Source: Mobula hypostoma
Lineage: Eukaryota
DNA: 64,000 nt
NCBI RefSeq assembly: GCF_963921235.1
Contig: NC_086101.1
Coordinates: 6,264,001 to 6,328,000, forward strand
Reading direction: 5' to 3'
This document shows, in pieces, positions 13,401 to 28,400 of this stretch. The translations under genes and the position numbers were made by a program. The notes beneath the pieces are model-generated. The model was given only the letters and a program-made list of their open reading frames with translations. It was not told the DNA's origin and did no database searches. How positions within the stretch are numbered: position 1 is the first letter of the stretch; the number at the start of each line of letters is the position of its first letter.

Positions 13401-16400
13401 ATAGATTCAGGATAAAAGAGTGTAATATTGCAACAACTGATCTGTCGGACCATAGTCCAGTCTCTATATCTCTAATTCTGGAAAGGAAAATGAAGAAAAG
13501 ACTATGGAGGTTAAATTCACATATACTCAATAACCCAAAAGTAATGGAGAAATTAAGGGGAGAAATCAACGAATACTTGGACCATAATGACACGGGAGAA
13601 ACATCACCAGTGATCTCATGGGATACATTGAAAGCTGTACTGAGAGGGAAAATTATTTCCATTACTACTCACATGTGAAAATTCAATGAACAAAAACTAG
13701 CAGAACTTCAAGGAAAATTGAAACAACTTCAAGTTGTAGATAGCAACAAAATTAGTTCTAATTTAAAACAGGAAATTAAGAAAGTGCAAAGTGAAACTGA
13801 TGATATATACAGATTGGAAACTCAAAGAAACTTTCTTTCCCTGAGACAAAAGAATTATGAAGTAGGAGGAAAATCAGCTAGATTATTAGCACATAAGTTA
13901 CGTAAACAATAAGCAGATAATATAATTCATAAAATAAAGAATCCAAAAACAAAGCTTGTGGAGAATACAATTGGGAAAATACAAGAGAGTTTTGAAAGAA
14001 ACATATTATCGAGAGCCGTACTCTCAACCCCGGGCCTCCAACGAGCCCTATATAGACACTTTCCTGAATACTTTAGATCTACCCAAGCTTACAGATTTAC
14101 AAAATGAATGCCTATTAGAACCAGTAAATGCTAAAGGACTGAACGCGGCCATCTCTAGATGAAAGGTCGGAAGGTCTCCAGGCTCTGATGGGTTTACCTC
14201 AGAGTGGTACAAATCGCTGAAGTCACTGTCAGTTCCATTATTACTTAACAACTTTAATTGGATCTTACAGAGAGGAGAAACTCCACCTTCCTGGAGAGAG
14301 GCGATTATCTGAGTTATTCCTAAAGAGGGTAAAGATAAACTAGAATGTGGTAATTACTGGCCAATCAGTGTTCTTAATTTGGACTACAAATTATTTACAT
14401 CTATACTAGCTCGTAGACTGGAAAAGCTTCTACCTGGCCTCATCCACTTAGACCAGACTGGATTCATTCAGCAAAGGCAAACTCAGGACAACATAAGGAG
14501 AACTTTACACATATTAGAACAGGTTATTAAGAACGGGACAGAGACAACGGTAGTGGGATTAGACGCTGAGAAAGCTTTTGACTCAGTTGGTTGGTGTTCA
14601 GAAAAGCTTTCTAAATCAATATATAGAGGGACCAACTAGAGCGGATGCAATATTGGATCTCCTGTTAGGGAAACGAGTTAGGACAAGTGACGGAAGTCTG
14701 TGTAGGGGAGCACTTTGGTTCCAGTGATCATAACACCATTAGTTTCAACTTGATCATGGACAAGGATAGATCTGATCCTAGGGTCGAGGTTCTGAACTGG
14801 AAGGAGGCCAAATTTGAAGAAATGAGAAAGGATCTAAAAAGCGTGGATTGGGACAGGTTGTTCTCTGGCAAAGGTGTGATCGGTAGGTGGAAAGCCTTCA
14901 AAGGAGAAATTTTGAGAGTGCAGAGCTTGTATGTTCCTGTCAGGATTAAAGGCAAGGTGAATAGGAATAAGGAACCTTGGTGCTCAAGGGATATTGCAAC
15001 TCTGATAAATAAGAAGAGGGAGTTGTATGACATGTATAGGAAACAGGGAGTAAATAAGGTGCTTGAGGAGTATAAGAAGTGCAAGAAAATACTTAAGAAA
15101 GTAATCAGGAAGGCTAAAAGACATGAGGTTGCCTTGGCAGTCAAAGTGAAGGATAATCGAAAGAGCTTTTACAGGTATATTAAGAGCAAAAGGATTGTAA
15201 GGGATAAAATTGGTCCTCTTGAAGATCAGAGTGGTCGGCTATGTGCGGAACCAAAGGAAATGGGGAGATCTTAAATAGGTTTTTTGCATCTGTATTTACT
15301 AAGGAAACTGGCATGAATTCTATGGAATTAAGGGAAACAAGTAGTGAGATCATGGAAACTGTACAGATTGAAAAGGAGGAGGTGCTTGCTGTCTTGAGGA
15401 AAATTAAAGTGGATAAATCCCCGGGACCTGACAGGGTGTTCCCTCGGACCTTGAAGGAGACTAGTGTTGAAATTGCAGGGGCCCTGGCAGAAATATTTAA
15501 CATGTCGCTGTCTACCGGTGAGGTGCCGGAGGATTGGAGAGTGGCTCATGTTGTTCTGTTGTTTAAAAAAGGATCGAAAAGTAATCCGGGAAATTATAGG
15601 CCGGTAAGTTTAACGTCGGTAGTAGGTACGTTATTGGAGGGAGTACTAAGAGACAGAATCTACGAGCATTTGGATAGACAGGGACTTATTAGGGAGAGTC
15701 AACATGGCTTTGTGCGTAGTAGGTCATGTTTGACCAATCTCTTGGAGTTTTTCGACGAGGTTACCAGGAAAGTGGATGAAGGGAAGGCAGTGGATATTGT
15801 CTACATGGACTTCAGTAAGGCCTTTGACAAGGTCCCACATGGGAGGTTAGTTAGGAAAATTCAGTTGCTAGGTATACATGGAGAGGTGGTAAATTAGATT
15901 AGACATTGGTTCGATGGAAGAAGCCAGAGAATGGTGGTAGAGAATTGCTTCTCCGAGTAGAGGCATGTGACCAGTGGTGTGCCACAGGGATCAGTGCTGG
16001 GTCCATTGTTATTTGTCACCTATATCAATGATCTGGATGATAATGTGGTAAATTGAATCAGCAAATTTGCTGATGATACAAAGATTGGAGATGTAGTAGA
16101 CAGTGAGGAAGGTTTTCAGAGTCTGAAGAGGGACTTGGACCAGCTGGAAAAATGGGCTGAAAAATGGCAGATAGAGTTTAATACAGACAAGTGTGAGGTA
16201 TTGCATGTTGGAAGGACAAACCAAGGTAGAACAACACACATAAAAGTTGCTGGTGAATGCAGCAGGCCAGGCAGCATCTCTAGGAAGAGCAAGGTAGAAC
16301 ATACAAGATTAATGGTAAGGCACTGAGGAGTCCAGTAGAACAGAGGGATCTGGGAATACAGATACAAAATTCCCTAAAAGTGGCGCCACAGGTAGATAGG

Positions 16401-19400
16401 GTCGTAAAGAGAGCTTTTGGTACATTGGCCTTTATTAATCAAAGTATTGAGTATAAGAGCTGGAAATTTTATGATGAGGTTGTATAAGGCATTGGTGAGT
16501 CTGAATCTGGAGTATTGTGTTCAGTTTTGGTCACCAAATTACAGGAAGGATATAAATAAGGTTGAAAGAGTGCAGAGAAGGTTTACAAGGATGTTGCCGG
16601 GACCTGAGAAACTCAGTTACAGAGAAAGGTTGAATAGATTAGGACTTTATTCCCTGGAGCGTAGAAGAATGAGGGGAGATTTGATAGAGGTATATAAAAT
16701 TATGATGGGTATAGATAGAGTGAATGCAAGCAGGCTTTTTCCACTGAGGCAAGAGGAGAAAAAAAAACACAGGACATGGGTTAAGGGTGAAGGGGGAAAA
16801 GTTTAAAGGGAACATTAGTGGGGGGCATCTTCACACAGAGAGTGGTGGGAGTGTGGAATGAGCTGCCAGACGAGGTGGTAAATGCGGGTTCCTTTTTAAC
16901 GTTTAAGAATAAATTGGACAGGTGGACAGGTACATGGATGGGAGGTGTATGGAGGGATATGGTCCGTGTGCAGGTCAGTGGGACTAGGCAGAAAATGGTT
17001 TGGCACAGCCAAGAAGGGCCTAAAGGCCTGTTTCTGTGCTGTAGTTTTTCTATGGTTTCTATGGTTGGGTATTCCTATACAGAGTGTTAGAAAGATTCGG
17101 CTTTCAAGAAAAGTTTATTAAGGTATTCCAGAACTTATATGACAGCCCTACAGCTCGAATTAAGATCAATGGGGGCCTCTCTGACTCTTTTATTTTGGAG
17201 AGGGGAACTAGACCGGGATGCCCAATTTCCCCTCTCCCTTTTGCACTATATATTGAACCTCTTGCCCAACTAATAAGAAAGAGCAGAATTGTAAAAGGTA
17301 TCAAGGTGGCAGGGATTGAACAGAAAGGTGGCGCTATTCGCAGATGACGTCTTAGTCTATTTGAGTGAACCAGAAAAAGCACTTATAGGATTGTTTACAC
17401 TGTTGGATGAGTTCAGGAAAATATTAGGTTATAAAATTAATGTAAAGAAAACGCAGGTTTTGTCCTAAAAATATACTGCATCCAAAAAACTGCAGGATAC
17501 ATATGATCTTGAGCGGGAAGCTGAATCATTAAAATATTTAGGAATAACCCTGCCAAAAGATCTTTCAACATTGTCACAGGTAAATTATGGGCCATTAATT
17601 TCAGAGATAAAAGCAGCTACTGTATACAGAAGTGAAATCTTATCCCTTTTTTAAGTTTGAATTCAAGGATAAATACCATACAAATGAATATTCTCCCTTG
17701 GTTACTTTATCTTTTCCGGACTTTACCTGTGGAGGTGGATGATAATCAATTCAGGGAATGGGACAAATTGATTTCCCGCTTTATCTGGCAAGGAAAGAAA
17801 CCTAGAATCCGATTTAACACCTTACAGTTAGGAAAGGAAGGAGGAGGTATGGCACTTCCTTGTTTGAGAAATTATTTTTATGCTTCACAGACAACCCCTC
17901 TGTTATATTGGTGTAATAGGGAATATAAGGCTAGACGGAAGGAAATTGAATTTGGATTGATTGACAGTTTTCTTCTCCAGGCCTCAATAGTGGACAAAGG
18001 ACTGATGGCCCAATTGGAAAAGACTAAAAACAGCTGGATAAATCTCACATTAAAAGTATGGTAGAAGGTGGCGAATTCATGTGGAATTAACAACATGTTA
18101 AAACTTTTCAGATGGTGTGCTTATGAAGCCAAATTTCTTCCCAGCAGAGGAGATAAAAAGATTTGAACCGTGGATAAAGAAAGGTCTGACAACTTATCTC
18201 ACATTCACACACAAAGTTTTCAATCCCTGCAGGTCAAACATGGCCTAGAACACAATGACTTTTTTTTTTTTAGGTACCTTCGAGTACGACATCATGTTAA
18301 CCAGAGTTGTAGATATACAGACATATCAACAGTAGAATTAGAGTTTTTCCAGATTCTGAATTCGGCTTACAGCTCAATACCAAGTAAATCAATTTCTCGA
18401 TTATATAATGCCCTCTCTCACACCAAAAATGAAAACGTATATTAAAGAGAAGTGGGAGAAAGAAGCGGGGTTGGTACTTTCAGAGGAAGCTTAGGGGAAA
18501 ATATGCAGCTTCCAGTGCTCTTCGACTAACTCTTTGATTTGGAGAGAACATTGTTGGAAAAATATTATAAGATACTTCGAGACCCCATATCAGGAAAAAT
18601 ATAAAGACACAAACGTGGCATGTTGGAGAAGGTGTGGCTCCAAGGAGGCAAAACATTTCCACATTTTTTGGGATTGCCCTAAATTAAGTTCATATTGGGA
18701 AGGTATTCACAAACATTAGTTAAGGTATTCAAGACTCAGATAACTCTGAAATTTGAAACTCTCTACTTGGGGGATGTATTGTTTCTGGAACAGAAGATAG
18801 ATATAAAGCTGCTGCTGGCCCTTTCAGCAGCAAGTAAGAAATCAATCACCAGAAAGTGGTTAAATCCAACATCACCGACATTAGAAGATTGGCATGAAAT
18901 CATTTTGCAAATATTTAAAATGGAAGAGATGACCTATTCTCTGAGAATTCAAAAGGAAAAAATTTTGTCAAATTTGGAATAAATGGATTGAATTTATAAC
19001 CCCAGAGTGAGCAGACTTTAGATGACTCTCCGAATGGTTTATACTGTTCGTCTCACCAACATAGTAATAGTGTTAATGTCAGCACCCTTGGCTCGAATAT
19101 TTAACATAGAACAAAGAACATAGAATAGTACAGCACAGTACAGGCCCTTTGGCCCACAATGTTGTGCCAACCATCAAACCCTGCCTCCCATATAAGCCCT
19201 CACCTTAAATTCCTCCATATACCTGTCTAGTAGTCTCTTAAACTTCACTAGTGTATCTACCTCCACCACTGACTCAGGCAGTGCATTCCACGCACCAACC
19301 ACTCTCCGAGTAAAAAACCTTCCTGTAATATCCCCCTTGAACTTCCCACCCCTTACCTTAAAGCCATGTCCTCTTGTATTGAGCAGTGGTGCCCTGGGGA

Positions 19401-22400
19401 AGAGGCGCTGGCTATCCACTCTATCTATTCCTCTTATTATCTTGTACACCTCTATCATGTCTCCTCTCATCCTCCTTCTCTCCAAAGTATAAAGCCCTCG
19501 CTCCCTTAATCTCTGATCATAATGTATACTTTCTAAACCAGGCAGCATCCTGGTAAATCTCCTCTGTACCCTTTCCAATGCTTCCATATCCTTCCTATAG
19601 TGAGGCGACCAGAACTGGACACAGTACTCCAAGTGTGGCCTAACCAGAGTTTTACAGAGCTGCATCATTACATCGCAACTCTTAAACTCTATCCCTTGAC
19701 TTATGTAAGCTAACACCCCATAAGCTTTCTTAAGTACCCTATCTACCCGTGAGGCAACTTTCAGGGATCTGTGGACATGTACCCCGAGATCCCTATGCTC
19801 CTCCACACTACCAAGTATCCTGCCATTTACTTTGTACTCTGCCTTGGAGTTTGTCCTTCCAAAGTGTACCTCCTCATACTTCTCTGGGTTGAACTCCATC
19901 TGCCACTTCTCAGCCCACTTCTGCATCCTATCAATGTCTCTCCGCAATCTTTGACAATGCTCTACACTATCTACAACACCACCAACCTCTGTGTCGTCTG
20001 CAAACTTGCCAACCCACCCTTCTACCCCCACATCCAGGTCATTAATAAAAATCACGAGAAGTAGAGGTCCCAAAACAGATCCTTGTGGGAGACCACTAGT
20101 CACAATCCTCCAGTCCGAATGTACTCCCTCCACCATGACCCTCTGCCTTCTGCAGGCAAGCCAACTCTGAATCCACCTGGCCAAACTTCCCTGGATCCCA
20201 TGCCTTCCGACTTTCTGAATAAGCCTACCGTGTGGAACCTTGTCTAATGCCTTACTAAAATCCATATAGATCACATCCACTGCACTACCCTCATCTCTAT
20301 ACCTGGTCACCTCCTCAAAGAACTCTGTCTTGTTAGACACGATCTGCCCTTCACAAAGCTATGCTGACTGTCCCTGATCAGACCATGATTCTCTATATAA
20401 CCATAGATCCTATCTCTAAGAATCTTTTCTAACAGCTTTCCCACAACAGACGTAAGGCTCACTGGTCTATAATTACCCGGACTGTCCCTACTACCTTTTT
20501 TGAACAAGGGGACAACATTCGCCTCCCTCCAATCCTCCGGTACCATTCCCGTGGACAACGAGGCCATAAAAATCCTGGCCAGAGGCTCAGCAATCTCTTC
20601 TCTCACCTCAGGGAGCAGCCTGGGAATATTCCGTCAGGCCCCGGGGACTTATCCGTCCTAATGTATTTTTAACAACTCCAACACATCCTTTCCCTTAATA
20701 TCAACATGGTCCAGAACATCAACCTCACTCATATTGTCCTCACCATCATCAAGTTTCCTCTCATTGGTGAATACCGAAGAGAAGTATTCATTGAGGACCT
20801 CACTCACTTCCACAGCCTCCAGGCACATCTTCCCACCTTTATCTCTAATTGGTCCTACCTTCACTCCTGTCATCCTTTTTTGCTTCACATAATTGAAGAA
20901 TGCCTTGGAGTTTTCCTTTACCTTACTCGCCAAGGCCTTGTCATGCCCCCTTCTTGCTCTTCTCAGCCCCTTCTTAAGCTCCTTTCTTGCTTCCCTAAAT
21001 TCCACAATAGACCCATCTGATCCTTGCTTCCTAAACCTCATGTATGCTGCCTTCTTCCACCTGACTAGATTTTCCACCTCACTTGTCACCCATGGTTCCT
21101 TCACCCTACCATTCTTTATCTTCCTCACTGGGACAAATTTATCCCTAACATCCTGCAAGAGATCTCTAAACATCGACCACATGTCCATAGTACATTTCGC
21201 TGCAAAAACATCATCCCAATTCACACCCGCAACTTCTAGCCTTACAGCCTCATAATTTGCCTTTCCCCAATTAAAAATTTTCCTGTCCTCTTTGATTCTA
21301 TCCTTTTCCATGATAATTATAAAGGCCAGGGAGGAGTGGTCACTGTCCCCCAGATGCTCACCCACTGAGAGATCTGTGACCTGACCCGGTTCGTTACCTA
21401 GTACTAGATCTAGTATGGCATTCCCCCTGCTCGGCCTGTCCACATACTGTGACAGGAATCCGTCCTGGACACACTTAACAAACTCCGCCCCATCTAAACC
21501 CTTGGAACTAATCAGGTGCCAATCAATATTAGGGAAGTTAAAGTCACCCATGATAACAACTCTGTTTTTTGCACCTTTCCAAAATCTGCCTCCCAATCTG
21601 CTCCTCTGTATCTCTGCTGCTACCAGGGGGCCTATAGAATACACCCAGTAGAGTAACTGCTCCCTTCCTGTTCCTGACTTCCACCCATATTGACTCAAAA
21701 GAGGATCCTGCTACATTACCCACCCTTTCTGTAGCTGTAATAGTATCCCTGCCACCCCTCCTCCCCTTTTCCCGCCCTCTCTATCCCTTTTAAAGCACTG
21801 AAATCCAAGAATATTGAGAATACATTCCTGCCCTGGTGCCAGACAAGTCTCTGTAATGGCCACTACATCATAATTCCATGTATGTATCCAAGCTCTCAGT
21901 TCATCACCTTTGTTCCTGATGCTTCTTGCATTGAGGTACACACATTTCAGCCCTTCTACCTTACTGTCTTTACACCGTTTATTCTGCTTCTCTTTCCTCA
22001 AAGCCTCTCAATATGTTAGATCTGGCTTTACTCCATGCACTTCTTTCACTGCTCTATCGCTCTGGGTCCCATCCCCCTTGCAAATTAATTTAAACCCTCC
22101 TGAACCATGCTAGTAAACCTACCTGCAAGGATATTGCTCCCCCTCGAGTTCAGGTGCAACCCATCCAATCTGTACACATCCCACCTTCCCCAGAAGAGAT
22201 CCCAATGATCTAAAAATCTAAAACCCTGCTCCCTACACCAACTTCTCAGCCACATATTCAACTACCACCTCCTCCAATTCTTACCATCTCTGTCACGTAG
22301 CACTGGCAGCAATCCTGAGAACGTCACCCTTGAGGTCCTGTTCTTCAGCCTTCTGCCTAGTTCCCAAAACCCACACTTCAGGACCTCATCCCTCTTCCTG

Positions 22401-25400
22401 CTTATGTCGTTGGTCCCAACATGTATCACGACTTCTGGTTGCTTTCCCTCTCGTACCAGGATGTCATGCACCCGGTCAGAGACATCCCAGACCCTGCACC
22501 CAGGAGGCAACAAACCATGCGGGTATCCTTCTCGCATCCACAAAATCTCCTGATGACAGTTATCCTCTTTTCCATCCCACCCTTCTGCACCACTGGGTCA
22601 GACTCAGTGCCGGAGGCCCTGCCACTGTGGCTTACACCTGGTCGGTCGTCCTCACCAACAGTATCCAGGACGGTAAACTTATTATTCAGGGGAATAGCTA
22701 CAGGGGTGCTCTGCACTACCTGTCTGCTCACTTTCGCTTTCCCCCCTCTGACTGTCACCCAACGACCTGCTTCCGACAGCCTAGGTATGACTACCTCCCT
22801 GTAGCTCTCATCTATGACTGCCTCATTCTCCCTTATGAGTCGAAGTTTACTGTTCTTTTTTTGGAAAATGTGGAATTAACACAAGTGAAGAAAGGATCTG
22901 AGGAAATTTTGGACAAAAAAGAAATGGACCAGAAGAGATACATGGAAATTAGCATCTAGCCACTATTATTCATATTTTTATAACAACTATTATCATTATT
23001 TAGTTTAATAGAGTGGAATTACAATTGCACTTAAACATCTACCTAATTATTTTCTATATTATCTCAATGTGCACTTGTGAATGTACAAATTAATATAGAT
23101 TTACTCACATAAAAAATGGAAAAGGTTATATATGTAAAAGAAAAGTTTGTGTATTACTTGTAAATACCTTATCCAAATAAAAATAAAATTTAAAGAAAAG
23201 AAAAAAGAAAAAAATCATGGCTCACAAATCGAATTAAGTATAGCAGAAAACTGGATCAAAATTTTCACTCTAAAGACAGTAACATGGCAATTTATTGATG
23301 AGGAAATGTGAGATTGAAGAGGAGGATTCTAGGCTTGTGGACAATTTTGATAAGCTGAAGGATGAGGAACTACAATCTTCTGAGTCATTTCACTGCACTA
23401 ATGCAACAGGGACACAAAAAAGTCCGTCTTTACAATGAAAGCTACTTTTCAATTGCTCTTACACAGACTGGTGATCCATTGAGACTAATCTGTGGTACAA
23501 AACGTACAAATGTAGCAATGGCTCAAACAGAATTGAAAAGGCACTTAACAATAAATCAGTCATCTGACACGTAAAAGAGTTGAAAGTAAAAGACTGGAAT
23601 AGCAAAAGAAACAGAGTAAAGCTTTTGTTAATATAGTCACAGTCAGTGAAAGGATTCAGGACACGAGTCATATAGTAGCAGAAAAGGAAAAGTCACACAG
23701 TTGCTGAAAACCTAATAATGCCAACATGTAAAACTATTGTGGGTAAAATGCTAGGACAAGATACAGTACAAGAAATTGAAAACGTTTCACTCTCAAACAG
23801 TCAACATATTGACGACATGTCACATGATACTGAAAAGGTTTTGTGAGATAAACTGAAAAACAACATCTTCTCTATCCAGGCTGATGAGTCAACAGATTTC
23901 ACCAATAAATGTCATGTTCCAGCTTTTGTAAGATTTGTAAATGATGGTGAAATTCAAGAATATTTTTTCTGTTGCAAAGAGCTGCCTGAAAGAAGCAAAG
24001 GCCAAGATATATCTACATGTATATGGCGGGAGGGTTTAATAGAGCTCTAAGGGAGGGTTTAAACTAATTTGGCAGGGGGATGGGAACCGGAATGACGGAG
24101 TTGAGGAGGGGAAAACAAAAATGATTCTAAGATAGTGAACAGTAAGGATATCAGGAAAGACAGGCAGGTGATGGGACAAATTTGTAGCCATTGGGGTGAG
24201 TTGCAGTGCAATAAAGTTGCAGCAGCAAATACTGGTCTTAAGGTGTTATACTTAAATGCACGCAGCATAAGGAATAAGGTGGATGATCTTGTCGTACAGC
24301 TACAGATTGGCGGGTATGATATTGTGGCCATCACTCAGACGTGGCTAAAGGATGCATGTCTCTGGGAGCTGTACGTCCAAGGATACACGGTGTATCGGAA
24401 GGATAGGAAGGTAGGCAGAGGGGGAGGCGTGGCTTTATTGGTAAGAAGTGATATTAAATCATTAGAAAGAGGTGACATAGGATCAGAAGGTGCAGAATCT
24501 TTATGGATTGAGCTAAGAAATCGCAGGGGTAAAAGTACCCTGATGGCAGTTATATACAGGCTTCCAAACAGCTACAGTGATGTGGACTACAAGTTACAAG
24601 AGGAAATAGAAAAGGCTTGTCAGAAGGGCAGTGTTATGATAATTGTGGAGGATTTTAAGATGCGAGTGGATTGGGAAAATCAGGTCGGTACTGGATCTCA
24701 AGAGAGAGAATTTGTAGAATGTCTGCGAGATGGCTTTTTAGAACAGCTTGTTCTTGAGCCCACTAGGGGATCGGCTGTACTGAATTGGGTATTGTGTAAT
24801 GAACCAGAGGTGATTAGAGAGATTGAGGTGAAGGAACCCTTAGGAGTCAGTGATCATAACATGATTGAGTTCACTGTGAAATTTGAAAAAGAGAAGCCGA
24901 AATCTGATGTGTCGGTACTTCAGTGGAGTAAAGGAAATTACAGTGGCATGAGAGAGGAACTGGCCAAAGTTGACTGGACAGGGACACTGCTGGGAAGGAC
25001 GGCAGAGCCGCAGTGGCTGGAGTTTATGCGAGAAGTGACGAGGGTGCAAGACAGGTATATTCCAAAAAAGAAGAAATTTTTGAATGTGAAGAGGATGCAA
25101 CTGTGGCTGACAAGAGAAGTCAAAGCCAAAGTTAAAGCAAAGGAGAGGGCATACAAGGAAGCAAAAAATTAGTGGGAAGACAGATGATCGGGAAGTTTTT
25201 AAAAGCTTGCTAAAGGAAACTAAGAAGGTCATTAAGAGGGAAAAGATGAACTATGAAAGGAAGCCAGCAAATAATATCAAAGAGGATACTAAAAGCTTTT
25301 TCAAGTATATAAAGAGTAAAAGACAGGTGAGAGTAGATATAGGACTGATAGCAAATGATGCTGGAGAAATTGTAATGGGAGATAAGGAGATGGCGGAGGA

Positions 25401-28400
25401 ACTGAACGAGTATTTTGCATCAGTCTTCACTGAGGAAGACATCAGCAGTGTACCGGACACTCAAGGGTGGCAGGGAAGAGAAGTTTGCGCAGTCACAATT
25501 ACGACAGAGAAAATACTCAGGAAGCAGATTGGTCTAAAGGTAGATAAATCTCCAGGACCAGATGGAATGCACCCTCATGTTCTGAAGGAAGTAGCTGTGG
25601 AGATTGCAGAGGCATTAGCGATGATCTTTCAAAAGTCGATAGATTCTGGCATGGTTCCGGAGGACTGGAAGATTGCAAATGTCACTCCACTATTTAAGAA
25701 GGGGGCAAGGAAGCAAAAAGGAAATTATAGACCTGTTAGCTTGACATTGGTCGTTGGGAACTTGTTGGAGTCGGTTGTGAAGGATGAGGTTACAGAGTAC
25801 CTGGAGGCATATGACATGATAGGCAGAACTCAGCATGGTTTCCTTAAAGGAAAATCCTGCCTTACAAACCTATTACAATTTTTTGAGGAAATTACAAGTA
25901 GGCTAGATAAGGGAGATGCAGTGGATGTTGTATATTTGGATTTTCAGAAGGCCTTTGACAAGGTGCCACACATGAGGCTACTTGACAAGATAAGAGCCCA
26001 TGGAATTACGGGAAAGTTACATACGTGGATAGAGCGTTGGCTGATTGGCAGGAAACAGAGAGTGGGAATAAAGGGATCCTATTCTGGTTGGCTGCCGGTT
26101 ACCAGTGGTGTTCCACAGGGGTCGCTTCGTGTTGGGGCCGCTTCTTTTTACGTTGTACATCAACAATTTGGATTATGGAATAGATGGCTTTGTGGCTAAG
26201 TTTGCTCATGATACAAAGGTAGTTGGAGGGGCTGGTAGTGCTAAGGAAACAGAGAGTCTGCAGAGACTTGGATAGATTGGAAGAATGGGCAAAGAAGTGG
26301 CAAATGAAATACAATGTTGGAAAGTGTATTGTTATGCACTTTGGCAGAAGAAATAAACGAGCAGACTATTATTTAAATTGTGAGAGAATTCAAAGTTCTG
26401 AAATGCAACGGGACTTGGGAGTCCTCGTACAGGATACCCTTAAGGTTAACCTCCAGGTTGAGTCAGTGGTGAAGAAGGCGAATGCAATGCTGGCATTCAT
26501 TTCTAGAGGAATAGAGCATAGGAGCAGGGATGTGATGTTGAGGCTCTATACGGCGCTGGTGAGACCTCACTTGGAGTACAGGGGGCAGTTTCAGTCTCCT
26601 TATTTAAGAAAGGATGTGCTGACGTTGGAGAGGGTACAGAGAAGATTCACTAGAATGATTCCGGGAATGAGAGGGTTAACATATGAGGAACGTTTGTCCG
26701 CTCTTGGACTGTATTCCTTGGAGTTTAGAAGAATGAGGGGGGACCTCATAGAAACATTTCGAATGTTGAAAGGCATGGACAGAGTGGATGTGGCAAGGTT
26801 GTTTGCCATGATGGGGGAGTCTAGTACGAGAGGGCATGACTTAAGGATTGAAGGGCACCCATTCAGAACAGAGAAGTGAAGGAATTTTTTTAGCGAGAGG
26901 GTGGTGAATCTATGAAATTTGTTGCCACAGGCGGCAGTGGAGGCCAAGTCATTGGGTGTATTTAAGGCAGAGATTGATAGGTATCTAGGTAGCCAGGGCG
27001 TCAAAGGTTATGGTGAGAAGGCGGGGGAGTGGGACTAAATGGGAGAATGGATCAGCTCATGATAAAATGGCGAAGCAGACTCGATGGGCCGAATGGCCAA
27101 TTTCTTCTCCTTTGCCTTATGGTATTTTGTTTTGTTTCATAGCTGAAAGCCAAAGGTCTGACCCGGAGGAGCTGTGTAGACATCTGCGCTGATGGTGACC
27201 ATCAATGGTTGGCTCCATGAGAAGTTTCATTTCTCCTGTTAAAGAAAATCTCTTCACAGAGAGGTGCTGATATCAAAAACTCTTGGAGATTAAATGAAAA
27301 AAGTTCCGGATGATGCTACAAAAATGGTTAACTTTATTAAAGAAAGACCAGTTCACTCGAGAATGTTTAAAAAACAGTGTGAAAACTTGAACAAGGTTCA
27401 CATACAGAAATCTGGTGGCTTAGCAGAGGAAGAGTTCTCAACAGGGTATTTGAGCTGAAAGGTGAATTGCAGGAGTACTTTCAAGAAAATAGTCGGCCAG
27501 ATTTTGCTGAGTGCTTTGAAGATGAAGAATAGCTGCAGAAACTGGCCCACTTAGCAGACATTTTTCATCATAAGAACCAGTTGAACAAGTCTCTGCAAGG
27601 CCATGGAGAAAATGTTTTGACTTAAGTGACAATCTTCTTGGATTTAAAAGAAAACTGAATCTTTGGAAAAATCATGTTGCAAAAGGAAATCTTGAAATGT
27701 TTCCACTGCTACTTGGACTTGAGAGTGAGGAAGGAAACCAAAAAGTCTCAAGTCTTAAAGAAAACCACCTCGGAGAATTCCAGAACCAGTTATTTAACAG
27801 AAATTTATTATGATTGCCTTTTGATTTTTTTAAACTTATGAAAGGGAAAGAAAGAGATTAATTTCAAGAAACTGAAGCTAATCTGGACTACCTGTTTTCT
27901 TTCCAAGAATGGTTGGCTACAAATTGATTCTCTACTTAAAACAATACTGAATTATTTTCAGATTATTATATCTACAACTGATCAAGCTAATGTACCATGA
28001 GCTGCAGATATAATATTTTTTACACAAGGGTTCCTCGAGAGCTGAAAATTATTTCAAGGGTTCCTCCAGGGCAAAATGATGAGAAAGGCTGATCTTGTCT
28101 GAGTCTATGCCCCCTGGTCCTTGACTCACCCACTGTATCAAACATCCTCCCTTCATTGACACTATCCAGACCTTTCAATATTCAATAGGTTTGAGAGCAA
28201 TCCTCCCCCACTCTTCTAAACTCCAGTGAGTACAGGCTTAGAGCCATCAAACACTCCTCATATGTTAACCCTTTCATTTCTGGGATCAATCTTGTGAACC
28301 TCCTCTGGCCCCTCTCCAATGCCAGCACATCCTTTCTTAGTCATGGGGCTCAAACCTGCTCACGATAGTCCAAGTGCAGCCAGACCAATGTCTTATAAAG

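Larger units (their letters stand above)
11169..23207 (+). mobile_element. Full-length decayed L1-clade LINE (ORF1 ~11300-12410; APE/RT ORF2 ~12760-18980; 3'UTR and polyA), interrupted by two CR1s and a PLE hairpin
   Basis: ORF1 RRQNVRIHGVPEG/IERAH/PRSILVRF; endonuclease LLNVYAP; RT DQTGFI..RQTQDNIRR, LDAEKAFDSV, RGTRPGCPISPL. AATAAA plus A-tail at ~23176-23207. TSD aaaaaaatcatggctc at 11153-11168 and 23208-23223. Confidence 0.9.

Noticed and set aside
19174..20340. 388-aa RT ORF as an active retroelement gene
   Set aside because: Upstream ORF2 and ORF1 are frameshifted. It is a young but inactive CR1 copy.
23330..28091. Domesticated ZBED5/SCAND3-like gene
   Set aside because: It has many stops and frameshifts and is split by a CR1, so it is a dead transposon.
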